Position numbers and translations under genes: made by a program
Part shown: positions 13,150 through 25,660 of the stretch, one piece after another
How positions within the stretch are numbered: the stretch's first letter is position 1
Layout of the letters: every line of letters starts with the position of its first letter
Assembly: GCA_964016885.1 (NCBI GenBank)
Contig: OZ024757.1
Location: forward strand, 21,700,001 to 21,764,000
Length of the DNA: 64,000 bases
From: Eledone cirrhosa
Lineage: Eukaryota
Reading direction: 5' to 3'
The notes under the pieces: generated by a model
Seen by the model: the letters and a program-made list of their open reading frames with translations, nothing else
Database searches by the model: none
What the model was told of the DNA's origin: nothing

Positions 13150-14075
13150 ATGCCGAGGTTAACTTTGCCTTTCATCCTTACGGGGTCGATAAAATAAAGT
13201 ACCAGTAATGCACTGGGTAATTGCTGACCTTGTGCCAATAGTAGAAACAATTATTATTATTATCAATATAAGGGCGGTGAATTGGCAGTATCGGTAGAGG
13301 GTTGAACGCCATGCTTTCTAGCATAGTTACGTCCCTTTATTATCAATATCACCATATCACGGTATTTATTATCAATATCACCACTATTATCACTACCATT
13401 ATTGTTATCATCACTATTGCCACCACCACCACCACCATCACCACCATCATCATTATCATCACTGGATGGGCAGTATCGGTAGAGTGTCGAACACCATGCT
13501 TTGCATCATAGAGTTATGGCCCTTCACGGTCTGAGTTCAAATCCCCACCGAGGTTAGTTTTGCCTTTCGATAAAAGTTGATAAGTAAAGCACCAGTAATA
13601 CACTGGTGTCGATTTAATTGACTTTTCCCTCCCCTTCAAATTGCTGGCCTTGTGCCTAAAGTAGAAACTATTATTATTATTATGGGCAGTGGGTTGGCAG
13701 TATTGGTAGAGGGTCGGACGCCAAGCATAGAGTTACGGCCCTTGCCATTCTGAGTTCAAATCCCGCTGAGGTTAACTTTGCCTTTCATCCTTACGGAGTT
13801 GATAAAATAAAGTACCAGTAATACACTGGGATAATTGCTGGCCTTGTGCCAAAAGTAGAAACAATTATTATTATTATTAGTGGTGGATTGGCAGTATCGG
13901 TAGAGGGTCAGACGCCATGCTTTGATGCATAGAGTTACGGCCCTTTCCAATCTGAGTTCAAATCCCGCCGAGGTTGACTTTGCCTTTCATCCTTACGGGA
14001 GTCTATAAAATAAAGTACCAGTAATGTACTGGGCAATTGCTGGCCTTGTGCCAACAGTAGAAACTATTATTATTA
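13150..14075 (+). mobile_element. Cluster of SINE family A copies and fragments in (TTA)n
   Basis: About five partial or full copies, same orientation. Confidence 0.8.
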
Positions 14076-14412
14076 TTACAAAACCCACATTGTACCGTCC
14101 TGTACCGTCTATAATGTTTTTTCTTGATGTCAGCCCTTGTGGCCAATAAAGAAATCATTATTATTATTATTATGATCATTATTATGTTTTTTTGTTTCCA
14201 TTTGGAAGAGATTAGTTTTATTGTAACCTTCTGAAACCTAATAAATGTAAAAAAGGAGCCACACACACATCTCTTCATTCATGGGAGACTAAAAACGTTT
14301 TACAATTTATTTCCTGTTGCCTTTTTATGTATTTATTATTTTTTTTGTTATATTTTTGCTGAATCAAGGAAATATTTATACCCCCTCCTTCCCTCTACTT
14401 TGGCTATAATAT

Positions 14413-14466
<54 letters not shown>

Positions 14467-14520
14467 TGTGCGTGCGTGTATGTTTATCCTTTATATATAG
14501 AGAGCGGGGTATGTGTGAGT

Positions 14521-14564
<44 letters not shown>

Positions 14565-14565
<1 letters not shown>

Positions 14566-14827
14566 CAAAGAGATATTTAATTTGTTGGTAATTCAACAAA
14601 TGTATTTATAACAGATTTGAAGCACTCGACAGGTTTTCTGGAGTATAATATGCAAACTGAACTTGAACCGTTAAGGTCTCATTCCTGGATATGTCACTAT
14701 TTATAAAACAAATTTTGTATTTTTGTATTTTATCTGATGAGAGTGTACCAAAGTTTTGGTACCCTTGAAATATATATAATAGAATAAATATGGTTTTATA
14801 AATATAGTTTCCATTTATTAATATCAT

Positions 14828-14830
<3 letters not shown>
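14565..14830. mobile_element. Short PLE-like element (family H1): 3' tail on minus strand (14565-14650) joined to an inverted hammerhead segment, flanked by (TA)n
   Basis: 14565-14650 is the reverse complement of the tail at 46820-46908; 14655-14830 matches 21820-21980 and 46680-46816. Confidence 0.75.
14726..14786 (+). ncRNA. Minimal type I hammerhead ribozyme motif (H1)
   Basis: TATTTTAT-CTGATGA(14734)-GAGTGTACCAAA GT TTTGGTACCCTT-GAAA(14767)-TATATA-TA^ATAGAATA; 8 bp helix I; predicted cut after 14778. Confidence 0.8.
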
Positions 14831-14866
<36 letters not shown>

Positions 14867-14961
14867 CATTTATACTCTGGTATGTATTGAGTACCTTACT
14901 ACCTTACTTACTGTGGTTACCTCCGATTCAACCCGGATTAACTTATATATATATATATATA

Positions 14962-15107
14962 TAACGAAGGAAATGTGGTAAGGAACCAGGTGGACCATAA
15001 CGCACCAAAGTACTCAATACTTAGGGTAGTAGAGTGGGTAATAGGACTCAGTCCAGAATTAGCCGTCGAAATGGCTTGAGCTCAGCTGTCGGGGTCCTAC
15101 TCGTTCC
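14962..15107. mobile_element. Short (TA)n-embedded element family H5 with internal inversion
   Basis: Matches 37660, 47000, 50115 and 56202 copies. Confidence 0.75.
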
Positions 15108-15145
<38 letters not shown>

Positions 15146-15759
15146 TAACTCTATCTATCTACATATATATGTGTGTATGTGTGTGTGTATGTATGTCTGC
15201 TCCTCTCTTCAAATCTAATTACATTAATGGTGCCATCCAGTTGCAGGCTCCCCAACAGTGGTGCCACTGTAAGAAGGGTTCTGCAGGCCAACTAGCCTGT
15301 CCCTCTTCATAGCTGTGCTATTCATTTCCAGTTTCCCAAAATGTGCTTCCACTGCGAGAAGGGTTTGGCGTGACCAATGGCCTGCCCCTCCTCATAGCAT
15401 TGCAAGTCAATCCAACTCTGGAAATGTGGTTGGCGTTAGGAAGGGCATCCAGCTGTAAAAAACCCTGGCCAAATTTACAGTCCCGTCGGAGCAGTGTATG
15501 TCTCAGCCAATCTTAGCCAGATGTCTCTCTCAAGACCGACAACCCAACTGACCCTGGCAAGCTTGGAAAATAGATGTAAAACAATGATGATGATGATGAT
15601 ATGTGTGTATGTGTGTGTGTGTGTGTGTGTGTATGTGTGTGTGTTTGTTTGTTTGTTTGTATGTATGTGTGTGTGTGTATACTGCTTTATACTCAGTTCA
15701 AGCACTTAACCTGCTTGACCATTGGTAGTCATGGTGAGGTGATTGAATGGATTAAGCAT

Positions 15760-16537
15760 GTGTGTGGTGTGGTGGTGTGTTGTGTAGTGGTGTGGTGTGT
15801 TGTGTGGTGGTGTGGTGTGTTGTGTTGTGGTGTGTTGTGTGGTGGTGTGGCGTGTTGTGTTATGTAGTGTGGTGGTGTGTTATGTGGTGTGGTGTGTTGT
15901 GTTATGTAGTGTGATGGTGTATTGTGTGGTGTGGTGGTGTGGGGGTGTGTTGTGTTGTTATGTGGTGTGGGGGGTGTTGTGTTGTTATGTGGTGTGGGGG
16001 TGTGTTGTGTTATGTAGTGTGGTGGTGTGTTGTTATGTGGTGTCGTGGTGTGTTGTTATGTGGTGTGGTGGTGTGTTGTGATATGTGGTGGTGTATGGTG
16101 TTGTTATGTGGTGTGGTGGTGTGTTGTTATGTGGTGTGGTGTGGTGGTGTGTTGTGGTGTGGTGGTGTGTTGTGTTGTGGTGTGTGGTGTGTTGTTATGT
16201 GGTGGTGTGTTGTTATGTGGTGGTGTGTTGTGTTGTTATGTGGTGTGGTGGTGTATGGTGTTGTTATGTGGTGTGGGGTGTGTTGTGTTGTTATGTGGTG
16301 TGTTGGTGTGTTGTGATGTTATGTGGTGTGGTGGTGTGTTGTGATGTTATGTGGTATGGTGGTATGTTGTGTTGTTATGTGGTGTGGTGGTGTGTTGTGA
16401 TGTTATGCGGTGTGGTGGTGTGTTGTGATGTTATGTGGTGTGGTGGTGTGTTGTGATGTTATGTGGTGTGGTGGTGTGTTGTGATGTTATGTGGTGTGGT
16501 GGTGTGTTGTGATGTTATGTGGTGTGGTGATGTGTTG
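15760..16537. repeat. TGTGG/TGTTG/TTATG low-complexity satellite
   Basis: Direct reading. Confidence 0.9.
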
Positions 16538-16635
16538 TCTCTAAGATATCAAGGAATCAACTCCTGCCTCAAACCAACCAAGATATCTGCACATGTCATT
16601 ACACATTTCTTTCAATTTTCAATTTAATCTATGAT

Positions 16636-16890
16636 GTTTGACAGAGTAGCTATGGTGTAGAGCTTATGATTGCAATGTTGTAGGTTCAATTCCTGGACCA
16701 GGTGGTGTGTTTGACAGAGTAGCTATGGTGTAGAGCTTATGATTGCAATGTTGTAGGTTCAATTCCTGGACCAGGTGGTGTGTTTGACAGAGTAGCTATG
16801 GTGTAGAGCTTATGATTGCAATGTTGTGGGTTCAATTCCTGGACCAGGTGGGTTGCTGTGTTCTTGAGGGAAACACTTCATTTCACATTA
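16636..16890 (+). repeat. 73 bp tandem triplication of a SINE tRNA-like head
   Basis: ACAGAG at 16641, 16714, 16787; each unit has B box GGTTCAATTCC; last unit continues into SINE-B-like body TTCTTGAG..ACACTT.ATTTCACAT. Confidence 0.8.
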
Positions 16891-18189
16891 CTCAAGCCCA
16901 TCATAATCATCATCACTGTTTAACGTCCATTTTTCCACGCTAGCATGGGTTAGACAAGTTGTCCCATTGTGAATCAAGTCAGGTCAGATCAGATGACTAT
17001 ATCTTGCTCACGCAGATCAGTTTTTAGCTTGGTTTTTATCAATAACTGGAGAGTTAACCCTGCAATGAACTGCAACCCTGTCCTGAGACAGGACACTAAA
17101 TATTTCCTCTCCGTAGCTTTCTTCTTCATAACTTGTAACCTTCTGGAATTCATTCCTACCCCCAACACCCTGGAAATATTGACCAATGAATGTTTCAGCT
17201 GTTCAAATACTCATCAACTACACCACTTTCTGTGATGAGGGTGGGGAGAGGAAGGGAGGGGGGGGGATGAGGGGGGTAGATGAAGGAGAGGAGGGAGGAG
17301 GATGCGAGAGGAAGGGGGAAGACGAATGAGAGGAGGGAGGAGGAAGGGAGAGGAAGGGGAGGGGGAATTATGAAGAAGGGGAGGACAGAGGGGGAGAGGA
17401 ATGGGGAGAGGAAGGGGGAAGTGTGAAGAAGAGGAGGGAGGAGGGGAGAGATGAAGGGGGAGGGGAAGAATGGGGTGTGGGTGGAAGGGGGATATGAAGG
17501 CGGTCCATTCTCTTCTGATTAAAGTATAAAAAATATAAGAAATTAATTTGCAACAGAAAAAACTGGTAAGGTGAGGGGGAGGGGAGAAAGGGGGGGGGGA
17601 GGAGGAGGGAGAGATGGAAAAGAAAGAGAAATAAAAAGAGATAGGAAGAAAGAGATATACAAATAGATAGGCAGAGAGAAAGTAAGGGAGGGGGGGCTAT
17701 TATATGTTAATATATCATTCTAGTTTGGCACCAAGACTCTTGTCTGGGATTGATTCCTAAAAGACATTGTTCTTTTTATTTGTGGTCAACTGATTATGGA
17801 AACTACAAAATATGGGATATTAAACATTGTTAGAACCAATTATAAGACAGACACAATGAATGGTTAAACCTGGTTGGGGGTAGGAATGGGGAGAGAGAGA
17901 GGGGGGGGGGGCTCTGGCACAACTGAGACTATTTACCACACCCATACATTGTGGTCTTGTGTTGTGAAGACACATGGCCCAGTGGTCAGAGAAGTAGATT
18001 CACAATCTTGAGGTTTTCAGTTCAATTCTCAGTCTGAATGATGTGTTATGTCCTTGAGAAAAAAAAAACACTTTATTTCCTGTTGCACTTTCTGCCAGGA
18101 GTTACCACTGGTAGATCCTGTCAACTATAGAAAGAATTTGAGGAGTTCAACTCCACTAGGTAAGCTAACGAGGTCTGGTATTTTGTCAA

Positions 18190-18640
18190 TCAATCCAATT
18201 GATCTCTGCAGAGGTATACTCTGCCAGGGTTCTTCCTGTCCAGTCCTCTATGTCATCAATCCATCTTCATGACTGTCACCCGAAAACTTGTCCTCTTTCC
18301 ACCCAGCACCCAAGGATGTTGGTAAAGAGGTTCTGGGCCTTGATAACATGGCCAAAACAGCAACATTTTTATGCCTTCTGATTATTGTCAGCAAACCTCT
18401 TTGAAATCACAACCATTGTTGAGGGTTAGAAGGAGAGGGGCTCAGACACAACCACAACTCTTCACCCCACATTGTAGTTTTGTGTTGCAATTGTGCACTC
18501 TGCCAGAGTTCTCCTTGTGCAGTCCTTGATGATGTTACCTCATCTGCATTTCTTTGTCTACTCAGCCCTCAAGGGTGTCAACAGAGTGGTTCTGGGCTCT
18601 GATAAAATAGCAAAAATACCATAGTTTTTTGCCTGATGAC
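18190..18640 (-). mobile_element. Highly degenerate RTE LINE 3' fragments
   Basis: Minus translation RWIDDIEDWTGRTLAE resembles the RTE C-terminal RW.D.I..WTG motif; a second weaker copy follows. Confidence 0.45.
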
Positions 18641-19099
18641 CACCATTCCCAACTTCTTTTCTTAAATAACATCCTCAATATGAATAAATCCAAGAAATCT
18701 TCACCAAACTGTCACCAAATCTCTTTTAAATCCCATCTTCATTGTTGAGGGTTAGGGGGCCTCAAACATGACCACAACTCTTGGCCACAAATTGTGGTTT
18801 CATACTGCAGACAGACATCCACCTAGAGATCTGGACCCTGATAACGTGACCAAAATATCAGTGTCACCTTCTGATACATGCATCTATGTATAACTTTGGT
18901 GTAATCAATCAGAAGCACTCTATGTCATAGATATCCATAAAGGTATTATGTATATGGTAACTGATGGAGTATTGTCATTAAGTAAGAAGAGGAGATGGTT
19001 TTACATTTATGTTATACAGATAAAATAAAGTACTGAGATCAGTTTAAGTGACTTTCACCTCCCTAAAAATTTCTTCCCTTATACCTGAATTAAAACTGT

Positions 19100-19520
19100 T
19101 CATCATCATCATCGTTTAACATCCATCTTCCACGCTAGCATGGGTTTACACGGGAATTGTCCCACTTGAGACAAGATTGGTTGTCTCGCTCGTATAGGAC
19201 TGTCTGGCAGGTTTTCTATGGTTGGATGCCCTTCCTAACGCCAACCACATTTACAGTGTGGACTGGGAGGTTTTTACCGTTACCTACACGGCCACATTAC
19301 AGCATGGACTGTGTGTTTCTTTGTCGTGACACCTACACAACCTCATTTATTTAGGACTGGATGTTGTGGTACCAACATAACTTTACAGAGAAAGGGTGGT
19401 GTAGATGGGGGTAGGGGAGTTGGCGTAGTGGGGTGGGGGAGTTGGGGTAGTGGGATGGGGGTGTATATTTGATTAAGAGGTGCCTAATGACTGTAGGTTT
19501 TGCTTTGTACTTGGGCAAGG
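19100..19520 (-). mobile_element. Interspersed repeat family C with (GAT)n tail
   Basis: Colinear with 37086-37505 and, in reverse, 39940-40900 and 46440-46550. Confidence 0.75.
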
Positions 19521-20419
19521 CGGGTATTATTATCATTCCTTCATTTACACAATAATGGTCTTATTAACACTGGAACATTTAACCCTTTAGTATTCACATT
19601 ACTCTATATATACTATTATATTTTCTTGGTAAAGGCTTTACCTCACATAATATCTCACATAATATCAGTGATACACTGGGGGTCAATTTAATTGCTGGCC
19701 TTGTGCCTAAGGTAGAAATATTATTATTATTATTATTCAATATATATGTGCATTATATATATATTCATTATTTGAACAATTTATTTGCTATTAATCATAT
19801 CTGGGAAAACTGATTTCATTTTTCAGATCAGATAATATCTTTCCTTTATTTTTGTTTATTTTTGGTAGTGGGGTGGGTAGAAGGTGAAGCTGGGATCTTA
19901 AATATTTTGTTTGTTTAGTTCTTTTATGCCGATATAAAAAGGTGATATGCTTGAAAGATTCATTATTCAATGATTCTGGGAATATAATTTGCAGAAGGAA
20001 TGAACCGGTCCGCTATTACATGATAATTATGTCTGCTTTTACCAGTCCTTGCCATTGTCAAAGAAGATTGAAATGGAAAAGTTTTACAATTGATTTCCAA
20101 TAAGTAATCAACTTAATCAGTTGAAATGTTTTTCATGAACCAAACAAGAGTTGATATATATAAAAATGGCACAATTTCTTTAAATAGCTGTTTTCTAGAA
20201 AACAGATTTTTCCTGTGGTAACAATAATATAAATAATGACTTTAATTACATCATCTTTCTAATCTACCTATTTCTCTAACAACAACAGCAGCAACATCAT
20301 CATCAACAACATACCATATAGTCTTTATCATCATCATCGTTTTTACATCCATTTTTCCACGCTTGCATGGGTTGGGTGGGTCCTTTTCAGCACAGCATCT
20401 CTCCACTTGCCTTGGTTTA

Positions 20420-20459
<40 letters not shown>

Positions 20460-20493
20460 TCATCATCATCGTTTAACGTCCATCTTCCACGAT

Positions 20494-20611
<118 letters not shown>

Positions 20612-20735
20612 GTGAAGGCGCATGGCTGAGTGGTTAGAGAATTGGATTCACAATCGTGAGGTTGTGAGTTCGTTTCCTGGACTGGGTGATGCATTATGTC
20701 CTTGAGCAAGACACTTTATTTCATGTTGCTCCTTC
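20612..20735 (+). mobile_element. SINE family B head
   Basis: A box TGGCTGAGTGG, B-box-like GAGTTCGTTTCC, then TCCTTGAGCAAGACACTTTATTTCA. Confidence 0.7.
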
Positions 20736-20818
20736 TACCTGGAGTTGTGACCGATAGATAGTATTAGCAATTAGAAAACCAACGGAAACATTGTTTCCTC
20801 GGTTCGATTTGACGAAAG

Positions 20819-20871
<53 letters not shown>

Positions 20872-20901
20872 AGATCAAAAGATGGTTAAAGGAGTTCCAT
20901 G

Positions 20902-20972
20902 TATTTTATTATGCGCATTTCAAAAACAAACATCATCATGCAATAATATTTGTGTTTTCATCAGATAAAACA
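20902..20972 (-). ncRNA. Hammerhead motif H2, inverted copy
   Basis: Exact reverse complement of 21091-21161. Confidence 0.8.
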
Positions 20973-21090
20973 GGAGAACATGATATGAAGGCTAAAAAAC
21001 ACTTGTGGATAGTGCAGTTTTAAATCAACATATGTTGATTTAAAACTGCACTATCCACAAGTGTTTTTTAGCCTTCATATCATGTTCTCC

Positions 21091-21161
21091 TGTTTTATCT
21101 GATGAAAACACAAATATTATTGCATGATGATGTTTGTTTTTGAAATGCGCATAATAAAATA
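21091..21161 (+). ncRNA. Minimal type I hammerhead ribozyme motif (H2)
   Basis: TGTTTTAT-CTGATGA(21099)-long helix II AAACACAAATATTAT/ATGATGTTTGTTTTT-GAAA(21142)-TGCGCA-TA^ATAAAATA; predicted cut after 21153. Confidence 0.8.
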
Positions 21162-21304
21162 CATGGAACTCCTTTAACCATCTTTTGATCTTATATTATG
21201 CATACTCCAGTCCTACAAACTGTAGAGTGCTTCTTATCCGATATCTGCATTGCTTTATTGTACTACAATAAAACTCACCTCCTACATATATATATATATA
21301 TATA

Positions 21305-21540
21305 TATAAACGTTAGAATATGTGTAATAAGGCCAAAACAATGCAGATATGGACATAGAAAAAAAAGAATGCAATAGTGAAAGATATAAATTCAAGGTGA
21401 AAGACGAATTCTCATCAATATCTTTCACTATTGCATTCTTTTTTTTCTATGTCCATATCTGCATTGTTTTGGCCTTATTACACATATTCTAACGTTTATA
21501 CCTCATTACACAATGCTTCAAGTGAACTATAACCTCCTCC
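21305..21540 (+). mobile_element. Short PLE-like element (family H4), 5'-truncated with perfect 83 bp inverted arms
   Basis: Arms 21305-21387 and 21418-21500; body matches 36203-36343; flanked by (TA)n. Confidence 0.8.
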
Positions 21541-21877
21541 ATATATATATATATATAGTGGTTGGTGATAGAAAGCTTGCCAAGCAAAGGGATGAGAGGA
21601 CCCTTCAGTTGTGTCAAAGACATGACAGACTCATTAGTGTTGGTGTCATGATAAAATGTACTCAGTAGAATATGAGACCATATGTAAGTGACATGGGGAA
21701 TCCTGAACCATGATAGGTCAGCAGCCTCACCTCAGTAATGAGTTGGTCTTTGAAAACGATCGTTAAATGAGGATGATGATGATGATGATATATATATATA
21801 ATGTGAACTATCCAGGTAAAACTTGAACCGTTAAGATCTCCTTCCTGGATATGTCAATATTTATAAAACAAACTTTG

Positions 21878-21938
21878 TATTTTATCTGATGAGAGTGTAC
21901 CAAAGTTTTGGTTCCCTTGAAATATATATAATAGAATA
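21878..21938 (+). ncRNA. Minimal hammerhead motif (H1), second copy
   Basis: CTGATGA 21886, GAAA 21919, TATATA-TA^ATAGAATA; within a TA-flanked fragment 21800-21980. Confidence 0.78.
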
Positions 21939-22365
21939 AATATGGTTTTATAAATATAGTCTCCATTTATTAATATCATTGATATATATAATGTGAAGGT
22001 AGATAAGGTTTTGTTTATGTATATTAGGAATGAATCCTTAAACAAGAAAGCTGCTTACCAGAGAGTTTGACTCGATGGTATCCTTTAAATCATATAGCAG
22101 GGGAATATGGTATATAGGTCCAGAAGAGACCACAGAGTATATAATATAAGCAAGAATTGCACCAAGAAAAATATAGACTTCGGAATTTATTTGCTTTAAC
22201 ATATGTTTCTATGTCTATTATAATTGTCTACATCGGCTGACTACAATATATATTGTTCAACCAATCATGTGTAATACTTAATTATTTATCACACTTCATC
22301 AAGAAAGCCTATAATAGTGGAAGTGACTATTCGCTACAGTACTTGTATAAATCTCTCTCTTTCTT

Positions 22366-22405
<40 letters not shown>

Positions 22406-23099
22406 ATGTGTGTGTACACTCATGCTTTTGTCTGTGTTTCTCTGCATCCCTCCCGTATTCTTATAGTTCTTTGTTTTTTGCTGAGGACATCTAAATTTTC
22501 TGATGGCAGAAATGTCATTGAACGGCTAATGTTATGTAAATTAGTTTCACACCAATAAATAGACACAGAACACAAGTAAAGCAGTTTTAAGGTTGGCTTC
22601 TTCTCTTACTCGTTTGTTCTTTAGACTGTGGTCATGCTGGAATGCAGCTTTGGTCATTGTTGCAGAGATTAAATTAGCTGTAATGATGCAATCACTCACA
22701 TATGTAGCAATAAAAACACCTTGTTAGAAACAACTACGTGATATGTATGTATGTATATATGTATGTATGTATGTATGTTCTTCTTTTTGGTAAATATCAT
22801 CTTGGTTAAGAGAGTGGGACTGGCTTTAGTGCAGTGCCTTTGCTCACTATAAAAGTGTCACGGCACAGGCATTGCTTTATATCTGGAGATCTCTCTGCAC
22901 TTGTCGTCACATGGTACCATGGGCCCAGAACTATGTGTCAATAATTGTCACAAGTGTAGTGTTTGTACCAGAGTTTTCAAGTCGCTGGCTGGACTATAAA
23001 GCCACACTCGTTCAGCGCATCGGTAGGTGTTCTCCTACATGGATATAAAGTAGTGGCCGTACTTGAAAACGAGTTGGCAGTCACCGTGTATGTATGTAT

Positions 23100-23530
23100 G
23101 TATGTTCTTCTGGTTTTATAATTTCACAAAGTTTTCCCAATAGAGAGAGAGTTGGTTTCTAACATAGACACAAGACTGTCTCATTGGAATTTGCACAACA
23201 TTAACTAGGTAGATATGTATGTATGTATGCATGCATGTGTAGATATGGATGTTATTGTATGTGTGGATGTGTATGTTTTTAGTTGTATGTGTGCATGTGT
23301 ATATGCAATTATTAGATGCAAAATTTCTGGAATGTTTTACATATTTTTACTGTTCCATTAATGGATTGTAGTTGTAATTTCCTAACTAGTTGTGTTCTTT
23401 TTGTTCCTGTGAAGCCTAGCTTCTCAAGATTTGTATTGAGGTAGTTACTAACATATCCCAGTGCCCCAATAATCACAGGTATAAATCTGAAGGTGTAATC
23501 AGGGTGGAGTATCTGCAGATTTCTCATCAG
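23100..23530 (-). mobile_element. 3' end of an REL-type non-LTR element with (TACA)n tail
   Basis: ORF 23312-23527 LHPDYTFRFIPVIIGALGYV...LQLQSINGTVKICKTF matches the REL C-terminus (P++IGALG...LQ...GT); 3' UTR repeated at 23985-24230. Confidence 0.7.
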
Positions 23531-24279
23531 TTCTGCATAAATATTCTCCTATGTATGTATACGTGCGTGTATGTATACATGTATGTATCTACATATGTGA
23601 GTATCAATATATATATATATATAGGTATGGATGGATGTGTGTATATATGTATGTGTATGTATTATGAATGTATGTGTGTAGTATGCATGTATGTGTGTAT
23701 GTATGTATATATGTATGTATGTGTGTTTGTATGAATATATGTGTGTATGGGATAACTCTGATATAAAACCTGCGGCTCAGTAGTTACCAATGATGTTGAT
23801 CTTTTCTTTTTTTCGGGTTATAGCTACTGTCGCTCAGAGAGTGGGATTGGCTCAGTGCACAGTCTTTCCTCACTTTAAGAAATATCTTCACACACAGGCA
23901 TTGCATGATAGAATTAATTAATAATTATTAATAATGGTATATCGTGCAATGGCCATACTCGATAACGAGGGGGCAGCCATCATGTGTATGTATGTATGTA
24001 TGTTCTTCTGGTTTTATAATTTTATAAACGTTTACCAATAGAGAGAGAGCCGGTTTCTAACATAAACACAGCACTCACTCATTGGAATTTAAGCAACATC
24101 AACTAGGTAGATATACATGCATGTGTGTGCAGGTATGGATGTTATTGTATGTGTGGATGTATATGTTTTGAGTTATATGTCTGTATGTGCATATGCTTTA
24201 TATTTGAACATGTGTACATGCAGTTATTAGATGTAGAAATGTGTGTGTGTGTGTGTGTGTGTATGGATGGATGGATGAA

Positions 24280-24741
24280 TGCTGCAACATTTTGAGACAC
24301 TTGAGGGAGGACGTTTGGCGAGAGTGAACAGATCTGTGGAGTGCGAAGAACTGGATTCTTCATTACAACAATGCACCCTGTCACCGAGCTCCCTTTACTC
24401 ATCATGTGTCTCTCACCAAAATCAACATTGTATCTCTTTTGCACCTGCCATATTTGCCACATTTAATACCTGCGGACTTCCATCTCTTCTCCAAACTGAA
24501 AATGCAGCTCAAAAGTCACCATTTTAACACCATTGTTGAGATCCAGAGTGAATTGCAGAAGATCCTTGACTCGCTTATGGAAAACGACTTCCAGGCCAGA
24601 TTCCAAAAGTGGTAGGTACACTGGGACTGGTGTATTGCTGGGCAAGGCGACTATTTTGAAGGAGATGATGTTAAAACTTAGGTAAATATATTAGTTTTTT
24701 TAAAAACCTAACTAGTCTGGGAACTTTTTGATACTACCTAA
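24280..24741 (+). mobile_element. Mariner transposase C-terminal remnant with right terminus
   Basis: NILRHLREDV...WILHYNNAPCH...LHLPYLPHLIPADFHLFSKLKMQLK...FQKW..WDWCI...GDYFEGD corresponds to HHDNAP, PYSPDLAP.DF.LF and G.YFEGD motifs; stops and lost catalytic Asp; TIR-like GAACTTTTTGATACTACCTAATA. Confidence 0.85.
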
Positions 24742-24954
24742 TATATATATCCACATTCATGACCATGACAAGTGGAGAGTTGCTGTGCTGAATAGGACCC
24801 GTCCCACCCTTGCAAGCAGGGAAAAGCAGACGTATGATGATGATGATGATGATGATGGTATACATAAACACAGAGAGAAGTATGTATATGTATATATATA
24901 TATAAATCAGCTCTTGATTATTACTGGAATTCTATAAGAATCCAGCTTCTATAA

Positions 24955-25044
24955 TTTTCGGCGGAAGAGGGGAGTTCGTAGCTCTGATGATTGCCAAACA
25001 GCATGAAACAGACTGTCAGCTTCTCTGCCTTCTTTCGCCGAAAA
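24955..25044 (+). ncRNA. Type I hammerhead ribozyme motif (H3) with extended helix I and GUC cleavage triplet
   Basis: TTTTCGGCGGAAGAGG..AGCT-CTGATGA(24984)-TTGC CAAACA GCAT-GAAA(25005)-CAG A CTG-TC^AGCT..CCTTCTTTCGCCGAAAA; inside a TA-flanked ~240 bp insert (24903-25146). Confidence 0.82.
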
Positions 25045-25150
25045 GAAGTAAGTGACATAGTCACTACTTTAAAATGATAGCATATGGCCTTCAAAATGTT
25101 TTTAATTAAAAATACGGTATATTGCCAAATATACTATGCATACATTTATA

Positions 25151-25226
<76 letters not shown>

Positions 25227-25387
25227 TTGCGAGGTTTTTTATATGAAATCGTGTGTCGAAACAGATATTGTTATATTTGGGGAGGGTCATATTTGCGTAA
25301 TATTGCCAGAATTAATAACAGAAAACACTCACTGTTTGGTTGGTTTTCGCTTCTCGCTGTCTTTTATATATATATATCTGCGATCTA

Positions 25388-25660
25388 ACTTACTCGGTCC
25401 TCAATGTTGCCATTGACTGACCGGCGGTCAAAAATAATACAGATACAATATAGACACAAACACATATATATAGTTTACATAATTTACATAAATCTTTCGT
25501 TGCACATCTGCAACATCGTCAGTGGTGTTATATTCATTGTTCCTCCTGTTGTGTTGTATGTCTACGCCATTTTTTTTTTGTTCAGTCTGTCTATATATTT
25601 ATTTATTTATTTGCTTGTTTGTTTATCTTATTTTATTTTGTCTTCTTTGCGCATGCGTTT
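25388..25660 (-). other. Candidate first exon (5' UTR + ATG GCA ACA TTG AGG ACC GA|GTAAGT) with upstream TGCGCATGCG
   Basis: Unique, locally CpG-richer sequence; ATG at 25413-25411, consensus donor 25393-25388; NRF1-type motif at 25648-25657. Confidence 0.3.

Larger units (their letters stand above)
20864..21285 (+). mobile_element. Short PLE-like element (family H2) with perfect 2x168 bp palindrome plus 3' tail, flanked by (TA)n
   Basis: Arms 20864-21031 and 21032-21199, centre CAACAT|ATGTTG; tail ends ACAATAAAACTCACCTCCTAC. Confidence 0.85.
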
